A stretch of 64,000 nt of DNA, from positions 22,806,213 through 22,870,212 of the forward strand of contig OZ234493.1 in NCBI GenBank assembly GCA_965153455.1. Direction: 5' to 3'. A program made the translations under genes and the position numbers. The DNA comes from Sphagnum compactum (Eukaryota). Below the pieces are notes generated by a model, which was given only the letters and a program-made list of their open reading frames with translations, did no database searches and was not told where the DNA came from. This document shows, piece by piece, positions 1-12,030 of this stretch. The stretch's first letter is position 1, and each line of letters opens with the position of its first letter.

Positions 1-371
1 CTTACTTAATTGAAAAGTTGGATTTACTCCTTAATGTCATGGAAGGAAGGTTTTGCTGTTGGAAATCCTGTAAACTAAATGTCCTAAGCACTTTCACTGT
101 GTTGTTGTTGTTGTTGTTGTTAACACTCCTCTTCATGTTCTGTTTGCTAATGTATTTCTTCCACAATATGGAAACTGTTGCTCTTTTGTTTTGTTGACAA
201 AATCTAGCTCTGATGCTCAAACTGATTAGTACAGCCCAACACACCCCCAACTCCCTTGGATATTTTAATTTTTCAAAATGAATATCTATAATATCATGCA
301 AGCAACTTCTTCTTCTTTGTCGATTGTGAATTTGATGCAACTCCTTTGAGGGCAATGACAGCAACTCTACT

Positions 372-1491
372 TTAGTAGTAGTAATACCTAGTGTAATCAG
401 GACGGAGTGCAAATGACACTGGATACAACTCTTCAAAGACAAGAAAAGGCTCCTTCCTTTCTTCTACCTGTGTCGTTGCCTTGTCTTTATTTTCTTCCTT
501 TGCTGCTGCTGCTGCTGCTGTCTCTTCTTTCTTCTCGTCTTTAGATTCCTGCACCATGACAATAAAATCCAAACTCAGATTGATGCATGATGTGTTCTTC
601 ATGTTCATATTCGGATGACGGGCTTCGTTGTGGGGGGATGCACCAATGCCTGTGATTGTTGGCAAAATTACACCAGGTTATGCCCCCCTGGTGCTGGTAC
701 CAGATGGCTTGTTTCTTTGCTTGTTCAGTAATGGAACAAAAGAAAAGCCCAATCTAGGGATTCACCTTCAGCAACAACCAAGGACATTTCTTGACAATAT
801 TGTCACAGGCAGATAGATTCTGTACATACTGATCTTTGTGCCCTTTGATTGAACATTTTGGTCATGCAGTTTTTCCATTTGTCAGCTCTGGGATTAGATG
901 GTAATGCTGAGCTCTCAGGGTGCCTTTCACTATGCTTGAATCAATGAAATAAATCTATGGTTGGATGGTCTGAGTTCTCAAAGTTGGTTTCCTTCATACC
1001 TCCTTTTCTGGCTCTTCTTTACTCTTTTCCTTTGTTTCTTCCTCCTTCTTCTCCTCCTCCTTCTCCTCCTTCTTCTCCTCTTTCTCTTCTTTGGGCTCCT
1101 CGGGCCAGAATGCGGTTTGCTTTCCTGTTCTGGATACTCGCTTGAACACTTCCTCACGTGTCAAATTGCCAACCACTGTCACCTTCTGTGCCATGAAATC
1201 CACTGTGGATGATATCACCCCTGTTGCAACAAATGTCTCAGTCTCTGCACATAAGTTTGAACAGCTTTTGCTACTAATGCACACAAAAATTGGGAGATTC
1301 GATAATTTGTCACTCTGTGTTTAGCTTAAGTTCTGTTTGGTGTACTTGGATGATTGCTCTGCAGCACACTCAACTAGCATACAAGAGGAGGAAATAGGAG
1401 GAGAGTATATACCTGGCATGCGGACAACAGCTCTCCTTACAGTGTCTACACAGGCTTCACAATGCATTGCAACTCGTAACATAACTGTTAT
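372..1491 (-). CDS. HMA-domain metallochaperone-like protein (HPP type, no CaaX), copy 1; start exon unresolved
   Basis: Exons 1413-1491 (ITVMLRVAMHCEACVDTVRRAVVRMPG), 1000-1220 (VISSTVDFMAQKVTVVGNLTREEVFKRVSRTGKQTAFWP plus E/K-rich linker) and 372-548 (…EELYPVSFALRPDYTRYYYY*). All junctions are GT..AG and frame-consistent (phases 1 and 0). MHCxxC metal motif. An in-exon ATG lies at 1480-1482. Confidence 0.85.
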
Positions 1492-2555
1492 CTGCATCAC
1501 AAAGACATTTTATGTCAAATTTCCACAATGGAGTTGCCTCCTCTGTGACAGTAAAGAAAAAGGTGGATAGGGATATTGACACATACAAGGCAAGCTTCTT
1601 CTAAACCTCAAACTTGGAACTCAATTAGGCACACTCCAGATTGGCTTTTTATCTTTCATTTTACTAGATGGAATGTGCCAAGGTCAGTTGACAACAACAA
1701 CAACAAATTCACACATTGAGCCTCCTCTCAGGTTTTCTCTGTTTTTGTGTATCTATCAGAAGGTGCAATGTGTCTTTCCACAACAGAGGCACCAACTTAC
1801 TGATTGAGTTTGTCCTTTACCTGCTGTTTCCAGTTTGTTATCTAGAATGCTTGAAGAGTAGGGGTCTTCAGGCAGTACAGGGTTTTCCTTGGGTTGATTC
1901 TCAACTGTCTATCCTCTCGAGAGTGACCATGAGAATGGGTTTGCTTCCTTCGCTACTTTAATCAGACAATCATCATAGCCTCTCTCTCTCTCTCTCTCTC
2001 CCTCACTATGGGTGCCTTCCCTGAGGTACATAAATGTCAGCTGTAATCAAGGATTGCAGAGACGGCTCCAATGGTGGTGGTGATGATAGTGTTAGATGTT
2101 ACTACCCATACACACCACCAGTGAGTGTCTCTTCTTCAACACAGAATGGATGTACCCTCCTCTCCTCCTCATGAGCTTGATATCATCAGAGGTGAGATGA
2201 CCCAGTTGCATCATCACTACAGTTTTGCTTGCTTCTTCCCATAAAGACTTTAAAAAGTCTGTGGGACTTGAGTGCCATTATCACTACTGTGACCGGTTTT
2301 GCTTCTGAAGACAGAAGCTGGGAGAAAGAACTGAAGATTTTGTTAGACTCAGATGCTCAGAGGATCTGCAACAATAGCTCTCAAAATCCATCTGTTAGTG
2401 GACAAACTCAGACCAGATTTAGGAGATTGTTTCCTCCATCTCATGGAGAAGTTCCTTTTCTCACGAGGGAGCTTTAGCACCTCTAATACTCTCTCTCTCT
2501 CTCTCTCAGTCCTGGACAGAATCTAGAGCCTGATGCAAGCAGAGAGACAGCAGGT

Positions 2556-4945
2556 TTAGTAGTGATTTTTTTTCATGGTCTTATTGTGATCAGTGCCGAG
2601 GACAAATGTTACAGGATGAGGATCCTCCTGCTTGGGGGCTTCGGGCTTCTTCTCCTCCTCCTGCTGCTGCTGCTGCTGGTCTTTCTTCTCGTCTTCCACT
2701 TTCTCCTCATTGTTCTTCTCTGGCTTCTTTTCTTCCTCATTATTATTCACTTCTTCCGTCTTCTTCGCTACATCATCCGCTCCCTCTTTCGTCACTTCCT
2801 TGGCCGCGGCCGCCTCCTCTTTCTTCTTTGCACCCCCCTTGACAAAACACAGCACAAACGTCCGGAACACAGCTGTGTCCGTCAACTCACATAAAAGAGA
2901 CAAGACAGAGAGACTGCAGAGTTTCAACAGAAAAAGAAGCAGCAGGGATTGGTCGGATTTCACCTCCGATTTCGGGTTTTCAGCTGAATCCTCTTCTTTC
3001 TTTTCCTCCACCTCCTTGGGCTTCTCCTCATTCGTCCCTTCTTTGTTTGTGTCGTCGTCGGCGGCTTTCGCCTCCGATTCGTTCTCCTGCTTTTCCTTTT
3101 TCTGCTCCTCCTCTTCTTTGGGGACCGGCGGCTCCTCCTCCTGGGGCCAAAATGTGGCGTGCTTTCCTGTCTTGGCGACTCGTCTCAGCACCTCATCCGG
3201 CTTCACATTGCCTATCACTGTCACTTTTTGTGCTGGAAAATCGATCGTGTATGATGTTACCCCTGTTTGTATCCATTCTTCCATGACGCACAATTCTCAA
3301 GCATTTGAAGACAGACAGACACACACACTCCTGAGAACCGAATCCAACGCTTTACACTACAGTAGTTTCGTTTGTTCTCTCTCTCTCTCTCTTCACCTGG
3401 TCCTCCTGCCCACATTAATTAACATTCTCTCACCTTCAAGGGGTGCATGTTGATGGCATTTGGTTCAAGCATTCTTCCTTGTTGCAGCAGATGGTCTAGC
3501 AGCTTGCATTCCAACAACACTGCTAGGGGGAAAAAGGCAGCAGGAAATGCAGATGTCGATGTGTGCAGAGAATACTAGGTTGAGAAAGGTACCAGGAATT
3601 CGAGCAACTGCTCTTTTCACTGAGCTTGCACAGCCTTCGCAGTGCATCACCACCTTCAAGACCACCGTCTTGACCTCCACTGTCTGCAGAAGACACACAG
3701 ACAATGTATCAAGGAAGTTTATGAACCTTGTTTCTCTATCTATCACTGCAGAAAACTTGCTTTGATTCTCGACACCGTCCCAGATCTGAATTTGTTTAAG
3801 TGCGATGAGCGAAGTTGAAATGATCCTGAAGAAGAATAACTGAAGTTTGCAGATCCATTTGTTCTCAGCATTAAGCCATGATGATCTACGCCTCTTGACA
3901 ACAAAGAAGGAAAATGTGCATAGGACAACAATAGACTTGCACGCAATTGATGCAAACGTTTTCACGTTGCACGAAACTCCTGGCCTCGCTCCTGGCAGCA
4001 AGAAGATGGATCTTCTTCTTCTTCTTCTGATTCACAGATCTTTCAACTTCTGAAAGATTTGCAACAAGTTTTGTGCTCACGATTTGCTTTCTCTTACAAT
4101 ACTGACACGATTTGCCTTGTGAAATGGAACAAGTACTACAATGGTAGAAGAATTTGTAGAGAGTGCAGACATAAAAACTTGGCAGATCGTTCCAAACTTT
4201 GTCTCCATGCCATGGCCCATGGGGCCAGGCAGTGATGTAGATTGAAATCTATACAAAACACATTAGACGCAGCAGCAGCGGAAAAAACATCCTTCTGCAC
4301 GGATGGTCGAAGCTTCTTCACTTGGATTTTGAGTAGTAAGCATCTGAAGAAATTGGAACAAGAATTCATGTGCTGAGGAATTAGAGAACTGCGAGGGAAG
4401 ACTTTGGAAGAGTAGCTGGAAGTAAAGAGCAAGCAACTGAAGGATTTCTTTTCTCGTTTGAATACTTCGTAAAGACTGAATTGCCAGAAGACGAAGCAGT
4501 AGAAGAAGAAGGACCACTTCTGGATTTCTTGTAACGAGTTTTGCTTCGCATGGAATGATGAAATCCGTCATGGACTTAGTCTAGTGAAAACATGATTCCT
4601 GGCAGCAGATATTGAAAGAAAATGCGAAGCAAAACTTAACATTCCTTTTGGAGCCGCCACCGCCGTTCTTATGAATCATTTCAACTGCAGTTTTTTTTTT
4701 TGGTTTCAATAAAACAAAAAACTCTAGGCTTGATTGCAAAACTTTCCAGGAGAAAGAGAGAGTACAAAACAGGCAATCAAGATTATTACACCAAAAAAGT
4801 CCAGAAGAAGAAACTTGACGCCACACATCTCTCTCTTTCTCACTCTCCTCGTCCACTCCGAACATGTGTAAAGAGAGTCCAAGGGAAAAAACACACAATC
4901 AAAACAAACAGAAAGGGGGGAGAAAGAACACAAGACCTCAGTCAT
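2556..4945 (-). CDS. HMA-domain metallochaperone-like protein (HPP type, no CaaX), copy 2
   Basis: Inferred micro first exon 4937-4945 (ATG ACT GAG|gt). Then exons 3593-3683 (TVEVKTVVLKVVMHCEGCASSVKRAVARIPG), 2964-3262 (VTSYTIDFPAQKVTVIGNVKPDEVLRRVAKTGKHATFWP plus acidic linker) and 2556-2837 (…EDPHPVTFVLGTDHNKTMKKNHY*). Intron positions and phases match copy 1. Confidence 0.88.
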
Positions 4946-5344
4946 TGTGAGAGACGCAGGAGACCATGAGAAGAAGAACCTTCGTCTGAGAGGAAGCTCC
5001 TCCTGGCACTAGGAACCTGCAAGCAAAGAAAATCCGCAATTCAAGCTGGAATTGTTAACAAAATGTTGGAGACAAAGTTTCTGAAAAAAACAACAACAAC
5101 AACAACAGAGGCCCGGTCTTTTTCTTTTTGGTGAGAGACACAGAGACAGAGACGAGAGAGAGCTTGCAAAGGAAGGAAGAAAGGAGGCACACGATGCACA
5201 TCAGCCGTTCTGCAATGGACTTGCAACGAGAAAAGCTTATAGACGTGCAAAATGAAAGGGAGAGCAAAAGAGAGGGAGAAAAGCAACAGCAGGATTAGCA
5301 CGGCGCTAAAGAAGAAGCTCCAATAGCACTTGATTAGTGACAAG

Positions 5345-5742
5345 TAAACCCACTAATCATGGAGAATTATTAATTCAACAATTTATTTACTAATTATGAT
5401 TGATCAAATCCCACTGATCTTCTTCTTTTGAGCTAATTTAACTTAATTAAAGCTCGTCACATGATTTATACTAATTATCTAAGTGATCCTCTAGTTCAAT
5501 ATATCTCACTAGTCTTTGAGCTAATTCAGCTTAATTCAAGCTTCATCATTCTTTGATTATTGACTAGAGTGCTAATTCAACTTAATAATTATGTGCTAAT
5601 CTGAGTCATCTTACATCAATATCCCACTAATCTTTGAGCTAATTTCAGCTTAATTCAAGCTCATCACAAGTCTTGATTATTCACTAATCTAAGTGATCCT
5701 AGATCAATATGCCACTAATCTTTGAGCTAATTCAACTTAGTT
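5345..5742. repeat. Degenerate ~90-115 bp tandem repeat just upstream of HMA copy 2
   Basis: Recurring CCACTAATCTTTGAGCTAATT(T)CAGCTTAATTCAAGCT…CTAAGTGATCCT…TCAATAT units near 5411, 5507, 5623 and 5712. Confidence 0.8.
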
Positions 5743-6889
5743 GCAAACCATTAGCTGGGCTTTGTCAATTTTGTTGTTATTGTTGATGCCAAATTTAACA
5801 TTTGATTATTTCTAAATTTATATTTAAAAATAAAAATAAAAATAAAACTACTCTGGGGAGGGGGTATGTACATTTTGTGTTATATATACACATCCTTAAT
5901 TTTCCTTGATTATTTATAATAATAATATTCATTATTATTATTAATTATTTCTATACAGAGAATTCTTTTGACTTGACTAAATATCTAGAAGCTTGGTGTG
6001 TTGCAACCTCATCTTTTTCCCTTTCTTCCAAAAACTTTTCAGCTTTTGGGGCCCTTCTTCTTGTCATTGGGTTTTCTTTTTCTTTTTTTGGGTTTCCTTT
6101 TTTTTTAATTTGGTGGGGTTTAGGTTTTCTTTTTTTGGAATTTTTTTTTTGAAAAAAAAAAAAGGAAAAAAAAGAGTGGTGGATAGTTGCATCACACATT
6201 TACATATCTTTTACACAATCTAGATAAGAAAACATTTTCTGCAATTTATTTAACAAAAAAAATAATATTAAGTCACCCAATCAGGTTGTCTTCATGTTCA
6301 TGAAAGTAGTTTTCAAATTGTTTTTCTTCTTCTTCGTCTAAAAATTGCAATAATTAATTGCTATTTGTTGAGCCATGTGGCTGACTTCAGCTACAAAATA
6401 AGGGAAATAAAAATTTATTTCTATTTTCTGTTGAGGGAAAATGGTCTGGAAGTTTTTGAATTCTGCATCTCTTGAACCCAATTTCACACATTTCCTTTGC
6501 CAAAAATTGGAAAAACACACATACAGTATACTACATTTTTTATTTTGAAAAAATATTTTCTGCTGAGCAATTTCTCTCTTTGTTGAAATTAAAACACATT
6601 TAGCAGCAACTCAAGTGATGATTTAAATCAAAAACATTTATGGTAGCATCTTGGCAGCTTCAACACTAATTATATTTGCTTCAGAAATGTTAAAATTTAA
6701 AATAAGTGTGTTTTTTCAAGGGACAAAACCTGTCACAGAAATGATTGAATGTCTCAAAATATTCTATTTTTTGAAAATTAAAATCTCAAGCAAATATGTG
6801 TCAAATTTTTTTTGCCAAATTTTGACCTGAAGAGCAGTTTTCATGCAAAAAAAATGGCCCACATTCTGGGGATTTCAAATGGAAAATTT

Positions 6890-7050
6890 CCAAATTTCCA
6901 GACTTTTGTGATAAGTTTCAGTTGTTAGCCAAGAAGGATTCTGCAATTTTTCTATCTTCATATCTAGTAGGTCGTAGCCAAATTTGGCTAAATTATTTTT
7001 TGGATGATCGCTACTTTGACTACATCAGAAAATCCTTAAAAGAAACCCTG
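6890..7050. repeat. Dispersed repeat (MITE-like), copy A
   Basis: The block TAGCCAAATTTGGCTAAATT…TGGATGAT…CTACATCAGAAAAT recurs, diverged, at ~39550-39615. It contains the palindrome TAGCCAAATTTGGCTA. Confidence 0.6.
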
Positions 7051-10000
7051 GCTCTGGCCCCCTTAAACCAGCAAACAATTAAAATAGGAAATGTTCCATG
7101 AAGTTCAAGGGATTTTTTTTTTTTCAAATTTTTCAGGTCAAAGAATTGGCAAATACTGCCAAAAATGGTCAAACTTTTTAATCAAGATTACACTGAAAAA
7201 TCAGACTTATTTGAAATTTTCTCAAAAAAATAAATAAATCATCAGGTTGCAAAAGTAAGGTCACTATTAAAAGTTAAATTAAACTTAAATTAAACCAACC
7301 TGCTGGTCTTCTTGTGCATGAAATTAGCTTTCCAACTTTCATTGAAGTTCCCAAAAAATGAATTCACAGTTCACAACAACACCATTCACACTTTAAAGAC
7401 TTTCTTCATTTGTTTGTCTTCCTTCATCGTAGTAATTGGTACCAATGTGGGTGTGGTTTAGCCCTGGCCCTCACCCCTAACTTAGGGTTAGTGTTTGGGG
7501 GTGGGGGGAGAGGGTGAGTTTGACATCCTCCTTTTGATAAATAACTTAGTACATCTGGGGGTGTTTAACATCCTCTTTTGATACTTAGTATCTTCCTTCA
7601 TCAAAGCAAGTTGCCCTTTTCGCCATGGTATTCTTGATCAAGTGGACCCCCATACCAAATGGCCCATTTGGAGTTTCCACCCCATCCTTGTGATCCCCAA
7701 CACAAGCTTGGACCGGGTCGCATGCTTGGTCCCGCTTGCCCACCCAGCCGGCATGCTAGTTGTGGCACTCTCCATTGCCATTGTAGTTCTCATTCAAATC
7801 TCGTGGGCAGGGTTAATGGTTAAGCTTCAAGGAAATGGAATCAAGCTCCGTGTTGTTGCCATCTTCTTCAAATATAATATCCAAGGATTTTTTTTGGGTA
7901 AAAGTTCCACTCTTATATTTATTTGGCATATTGGTGGAATTTTTTAAATACTTAGAGCTATTTTAAAGTGCTATTGCTTATTCTTGGGAAATTCTTGTGA
8001 TAAAATAATTTCCAAGCTAACAAGTACAACAAGGAGGAAAACCTAAGAAAAGCCCCAAAAAATGCACTTCAAAATTCTGACAGTTCTAAACTTGAAATAA
8101 ACGCTAATATGTCGAAGTGGAGCATCCTAAATTGATGATGTATTAGTGTGGAGCAAATTCAAGTATGTGGATAGAAGAATTGGGGAGTGATGTGATAACA
8201 CGATAATTATTATAAATTTTTTAAAACAATGAAAACAATAAGCTTTTGCATTGCATACTTCCAATGACATGAAAGAGAACTCTCCAATAAATTCTATTTA
8301 AAATAAAATAAAAGTTATATCTCAATTTCCCCAACTTGTTGTAAATGTTGCCCTAGTAATTTATTAATACTCTTCTTCTTTTAATTTTATAAAATTTTCA
8401 GGGAAGTTTGCTACTCCAAACATCAAAAGTAGTCAGATTTGTACACCATTCAACCCTTTTTCAAAAGGGCGAGCAATTGAAAGTTGGGTAGTTGATAATA
8501 ATTGGTCAATTTTCGTGCATCAACCTATGTTTTTTCAACCCCAACTAAATCAAGCTACAATCTGGAATTTGTCAAAGAGCAAGTATTTTAAAGTGATTGG
8601 TTGTTTCTCTCCCAAAGTATGCAATGTCATCATATATCCATGTCCAAGGCTTTTGACCAAATGGGAGGGCTGGGCTGGGCTGCTGCCAAAGTCCTTGGTT
8701 TTCTTTGCAACACATTTTCATATCCAAAATCAATCTCACATTCTATATTGCTTAGTACAAGGGATTTCATGGTGCACAACACCTCTTAGATTTTTGCCCA
8801 ATAACTACAATTTGATGGATTGATTCAATATTCCACAAACTCCATCACCTAAAAAATAGTTTTGTAGAATTCTAGCTTGCAAGAAATCCCATGAGATGCA
8901 AAAAGGACCTCTTGAAAAATGGTGTGAAATTTTAGTGGAGAGGGAAGCTTATCCCTTGCAGTAATGAATTGTATTCTTAATTCTAGAATATTTCAAATGA
9001 ATCAAAACCTCAAATCTTTCATACTACCTTTAGTAAATTACTCTTCTACAATGCTCACTTGGAATAAATGCGTGATTACATTTTCAAAAGAAGAAAGATA
9101 CAACAACACATGCCTGACGCCGCGCACACACATGCACACACATTGTTGACAAGACAAACATGAAGGTGTCTTTTGTCTTTGGTGCTCCACACGTAATTTT
9201 GGTCGGGAGTCATGCTATTCTTTTATCTTGTGCCCAACAAAGGAAGGAATTTTCACTTTCATCAAATCCATTTCATCAAATGTGTAAAGAATGTTTCTCC
9301 AGATGCATAGCAAGTTAATATTGAATACCAGATTCCAAATAGCCAAGTAAAACCATAAACCTCATGTTGCTAATTTCAACTTTTAAAATCCCACCCCAAG
9401 TTGCCAATTTTTGGGGTTCTTTGCAAATGCAAACTTAATCCTCGCATCATCATTTCCCAAGCACGAAAACCTCTGCTGGTTTTATGGGTAGTTTTGAGAC
9501 AATGACAATTTGGTCGTGAAGAGAGCGATGAGCTATGGAGCTGCCATAAGCTAATTGGAACAACACTGAAGATGATAAGCCCTGAGGATGTCGTGTTGTC
9601 AGAATGATGCTAAAGTTCTTGAACAAAGATTGTTAACTTAATTATTAAAAAAATTCCATTAGGAAAGCTGTTTGTTTTGTTGCTCTTTCTTCAATTTACT
9701 AGAATCAAAGCAGTGTTCCTGGCATATGAATTGTACCATGTCCTGTCCTGAGGTCCTGACTTTGCTCTCATTGAAACTGGGTATTATAGGATAATAAAAA
9801 ATTTATCACTATTGCATCACACTTTATTGATGAAAATATGTGTGATATGAAATCATGTTTCTTTTTTGTTGTGGTGAATTCTTGGACCGCGCTAACCCCA
9901 AGAAAAGGAATATACAGTTGTAGGTGGTTGATATATTCATTATTTCTTGAAAACGTTGCAAAACATTCGAGAAATTCATCAGTTTCAAACCTGAACTCTC

Positions 10001-10960
10001 AATGCGACCAGAATATAACACGAAACTTGGAAAATGGACACTATCCACACATGTGTTGCCAGTTTATGCTCTGTCTGTCTCTCTCTCTCTTGGAATGTTC
10101 GCCTTTGATACTACAACATAAAACTATAAAACAAAAACCCTATTGCCAAGCGATGATTTTTTTTCAACAAATTGGGAAATTTTGAACAATTTTACTTTTC
10201 AAGTGTAAATTTGACTATTCCTTCTATTTTTGGATAAATTTTTCAATATCAAAAAAACGAAAAAAAAAACCCTTGATACCAAGTCATACCTTTAACATTT
10301 ATCATACTTAAATAAGCTACTCTCAACAATTTTGACAAAATAGAATGTAGTTTCTAAGTCAAGTCAGGGATGTGTACTTTGATATTGATATGTGTACTTT
10401 TTGCATTGGAGATTGAGTTGCATTTAATTTGTTACACTTGTGTAGTGCCCCACCCCCCATCCCCCTCTCCCTCCATAGAAGTTAAAAACATAGAATTAAA
10501 CCAAATACTTTCTTCATGTGATGTCGGTGCACACTACACACATTTGTTAGCTTTTTGTGATTAGGAATTTGCAACTAACTAGGTATTCAATGACTAAAGT
10601 TAGGGTCCCAAATGTGAGGAGTCAGAAAGGATTGGAAAATGCTACAACAACAACAACAACCACCCACTTTCAGAGTGCTCAGAAACACTGTAACTTAAGT
10701 TGTTGGAAAAGCAGCACTGTACTCCAAAACACTTTACTTTCTTTTTGTCCTCAATTTCCTCCTCATGTGTGTTGTTTGTTGGCCTTCCCCACCACCCCTT
10801 GCCCCCCTTCAGAACAAAAGTTTTTCTCTCTCCTCCAATCAAGAGCCTGGCATTTTCATTTCTCAACTTCTGCCATCTGAGTAAGGGGACAAAACTGGAT
10901 AATACTAAATCTTCTTTAGTGTGTTTCGGAAAGCTGCATGACACTAAGACTATGACTAGG

Positions 10961-11511
10961 TACTAGTTTTGCCAAAACTTGGATGAGATGTTTATATGGA
11001 TTTGGATGAGGTTCTTTTTTCCGTATGTGGGTTTTCATTCAGGGTATACGGAGCAGCTAGATCAGGTTCAGTCAAAATTAGGTTAGTGCATGGTGTGGCC
11101 CATTGACTACTAGTTTAGCAGAATTGGATGAGACGTATTTACAGATTTGGATGAGATTTTTAAATCTAAATTTGGGTTTTCATTCGTGGTATGATGAGCA
11201 GCTAGATCAGGTTTAGTTAAATTTAGGTTAGTGCATGGTGTGGCCCATTGACTACTAGTTTTGTCAAATTTGGATGAGGTTTTTTTTTTCCGGATTTGGG
11301 TTTTCATTCAGGGTATGGAGAGCAGCTAGATCAGGTTCAGTTAAAATTAGGTTAGTGCATGGTGTGTCCCATTGCCTACTAGTTTTGCAGAATTTGGATG
11401 AGATGGATTTGGATGAGAATTTTTTTTCCGGATTTGGTTCTTCATTCAGGGTATGAGGAGCAGCTGGATGAGGTTCAGTGAAAATTAGGTTAGTGAATGT
11501 GCCCCATTGAC
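10961..11511. repeat. Minisatellite, 4 units of ~124-147 bp
   Basis: Units start at 10961, 11108, 11253 and 11377 (TACTAGTTT…TTGGATGAG…GAGCAGCTAGATCAGGTTCAGT.AAAATTAGGTTAGTGCATGGTGTGGCCCATTG). Confidence 0.93.
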
Positions 11512-12011
11512 TGGGTTTTTCTCCAAAGTAGGCTGTTGTCTTTGTTCCAAAGTTTGCAGGTTGTTGTTAATTTTTGCACTCTACTAGTGCCCACTGCCAT
11601 CGCCCAAATTCCAATCCCATGCCCCCAAAGACATGCTTTCTTGCATTGTTTTGTGAGCTCATTGAAAAACCCAAATCCTTTGCTAAAGAATTTTTGTCTT
11701 GGGTTATGTGATAGGGTAATGCAGAATTTTTGAAGAAAAAGTTATCTAGTACCCACTACGGACCAGGAATTTTTTTTCAATTTTGTGAGGTTGAAAAAGT
11801 GACAAAAGAAATGTTTTATAAAACACCAAATTTTGTGAAAATTGCACTGGAAAATCAGAAACTTCCAATATTTTCCCCAAAAAAATTTGTCCACCACAGT
11901 GCAAAAATTTGGCAAAAGAAGAAGAAATGTTGTTATGGATTGATGAACAAGTTTTGAACAACTAGGACCAAAATTGCAAGTAGGCATCTTGGAGCATCTC
12001 TACCAATGTAC

Positions 12012-12030
12012 TAGGGTTTAGGGTTTAGGG
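12012..12030. repeat. Short interstitial telomere-type (TTTAGGG) tract
   Basis: TAGGGTTTAGGGTTTAGGG. Similar tracts occur at ~39721 and ~51657. Confidence 0.7.

Noticed and set aside
2562-3453. Long plus-strand ORFs (273 aa, 110 aa and others)
   Set aside because: Antisense shadows of the E/K-rich HMA exons; S/F/L low-complexity translations.
8480-8940. Further hAT-like relic (minus strand VLSNIECEIDFG)
   Set aside because: A single weak motif, too decayed to support a feature.
10961-11511. CRISPR-like array
   Set aside because: The sequences between the conserved cores are homologous rather than unique spacers, there are no cas genes, and the context is eukaryotic.
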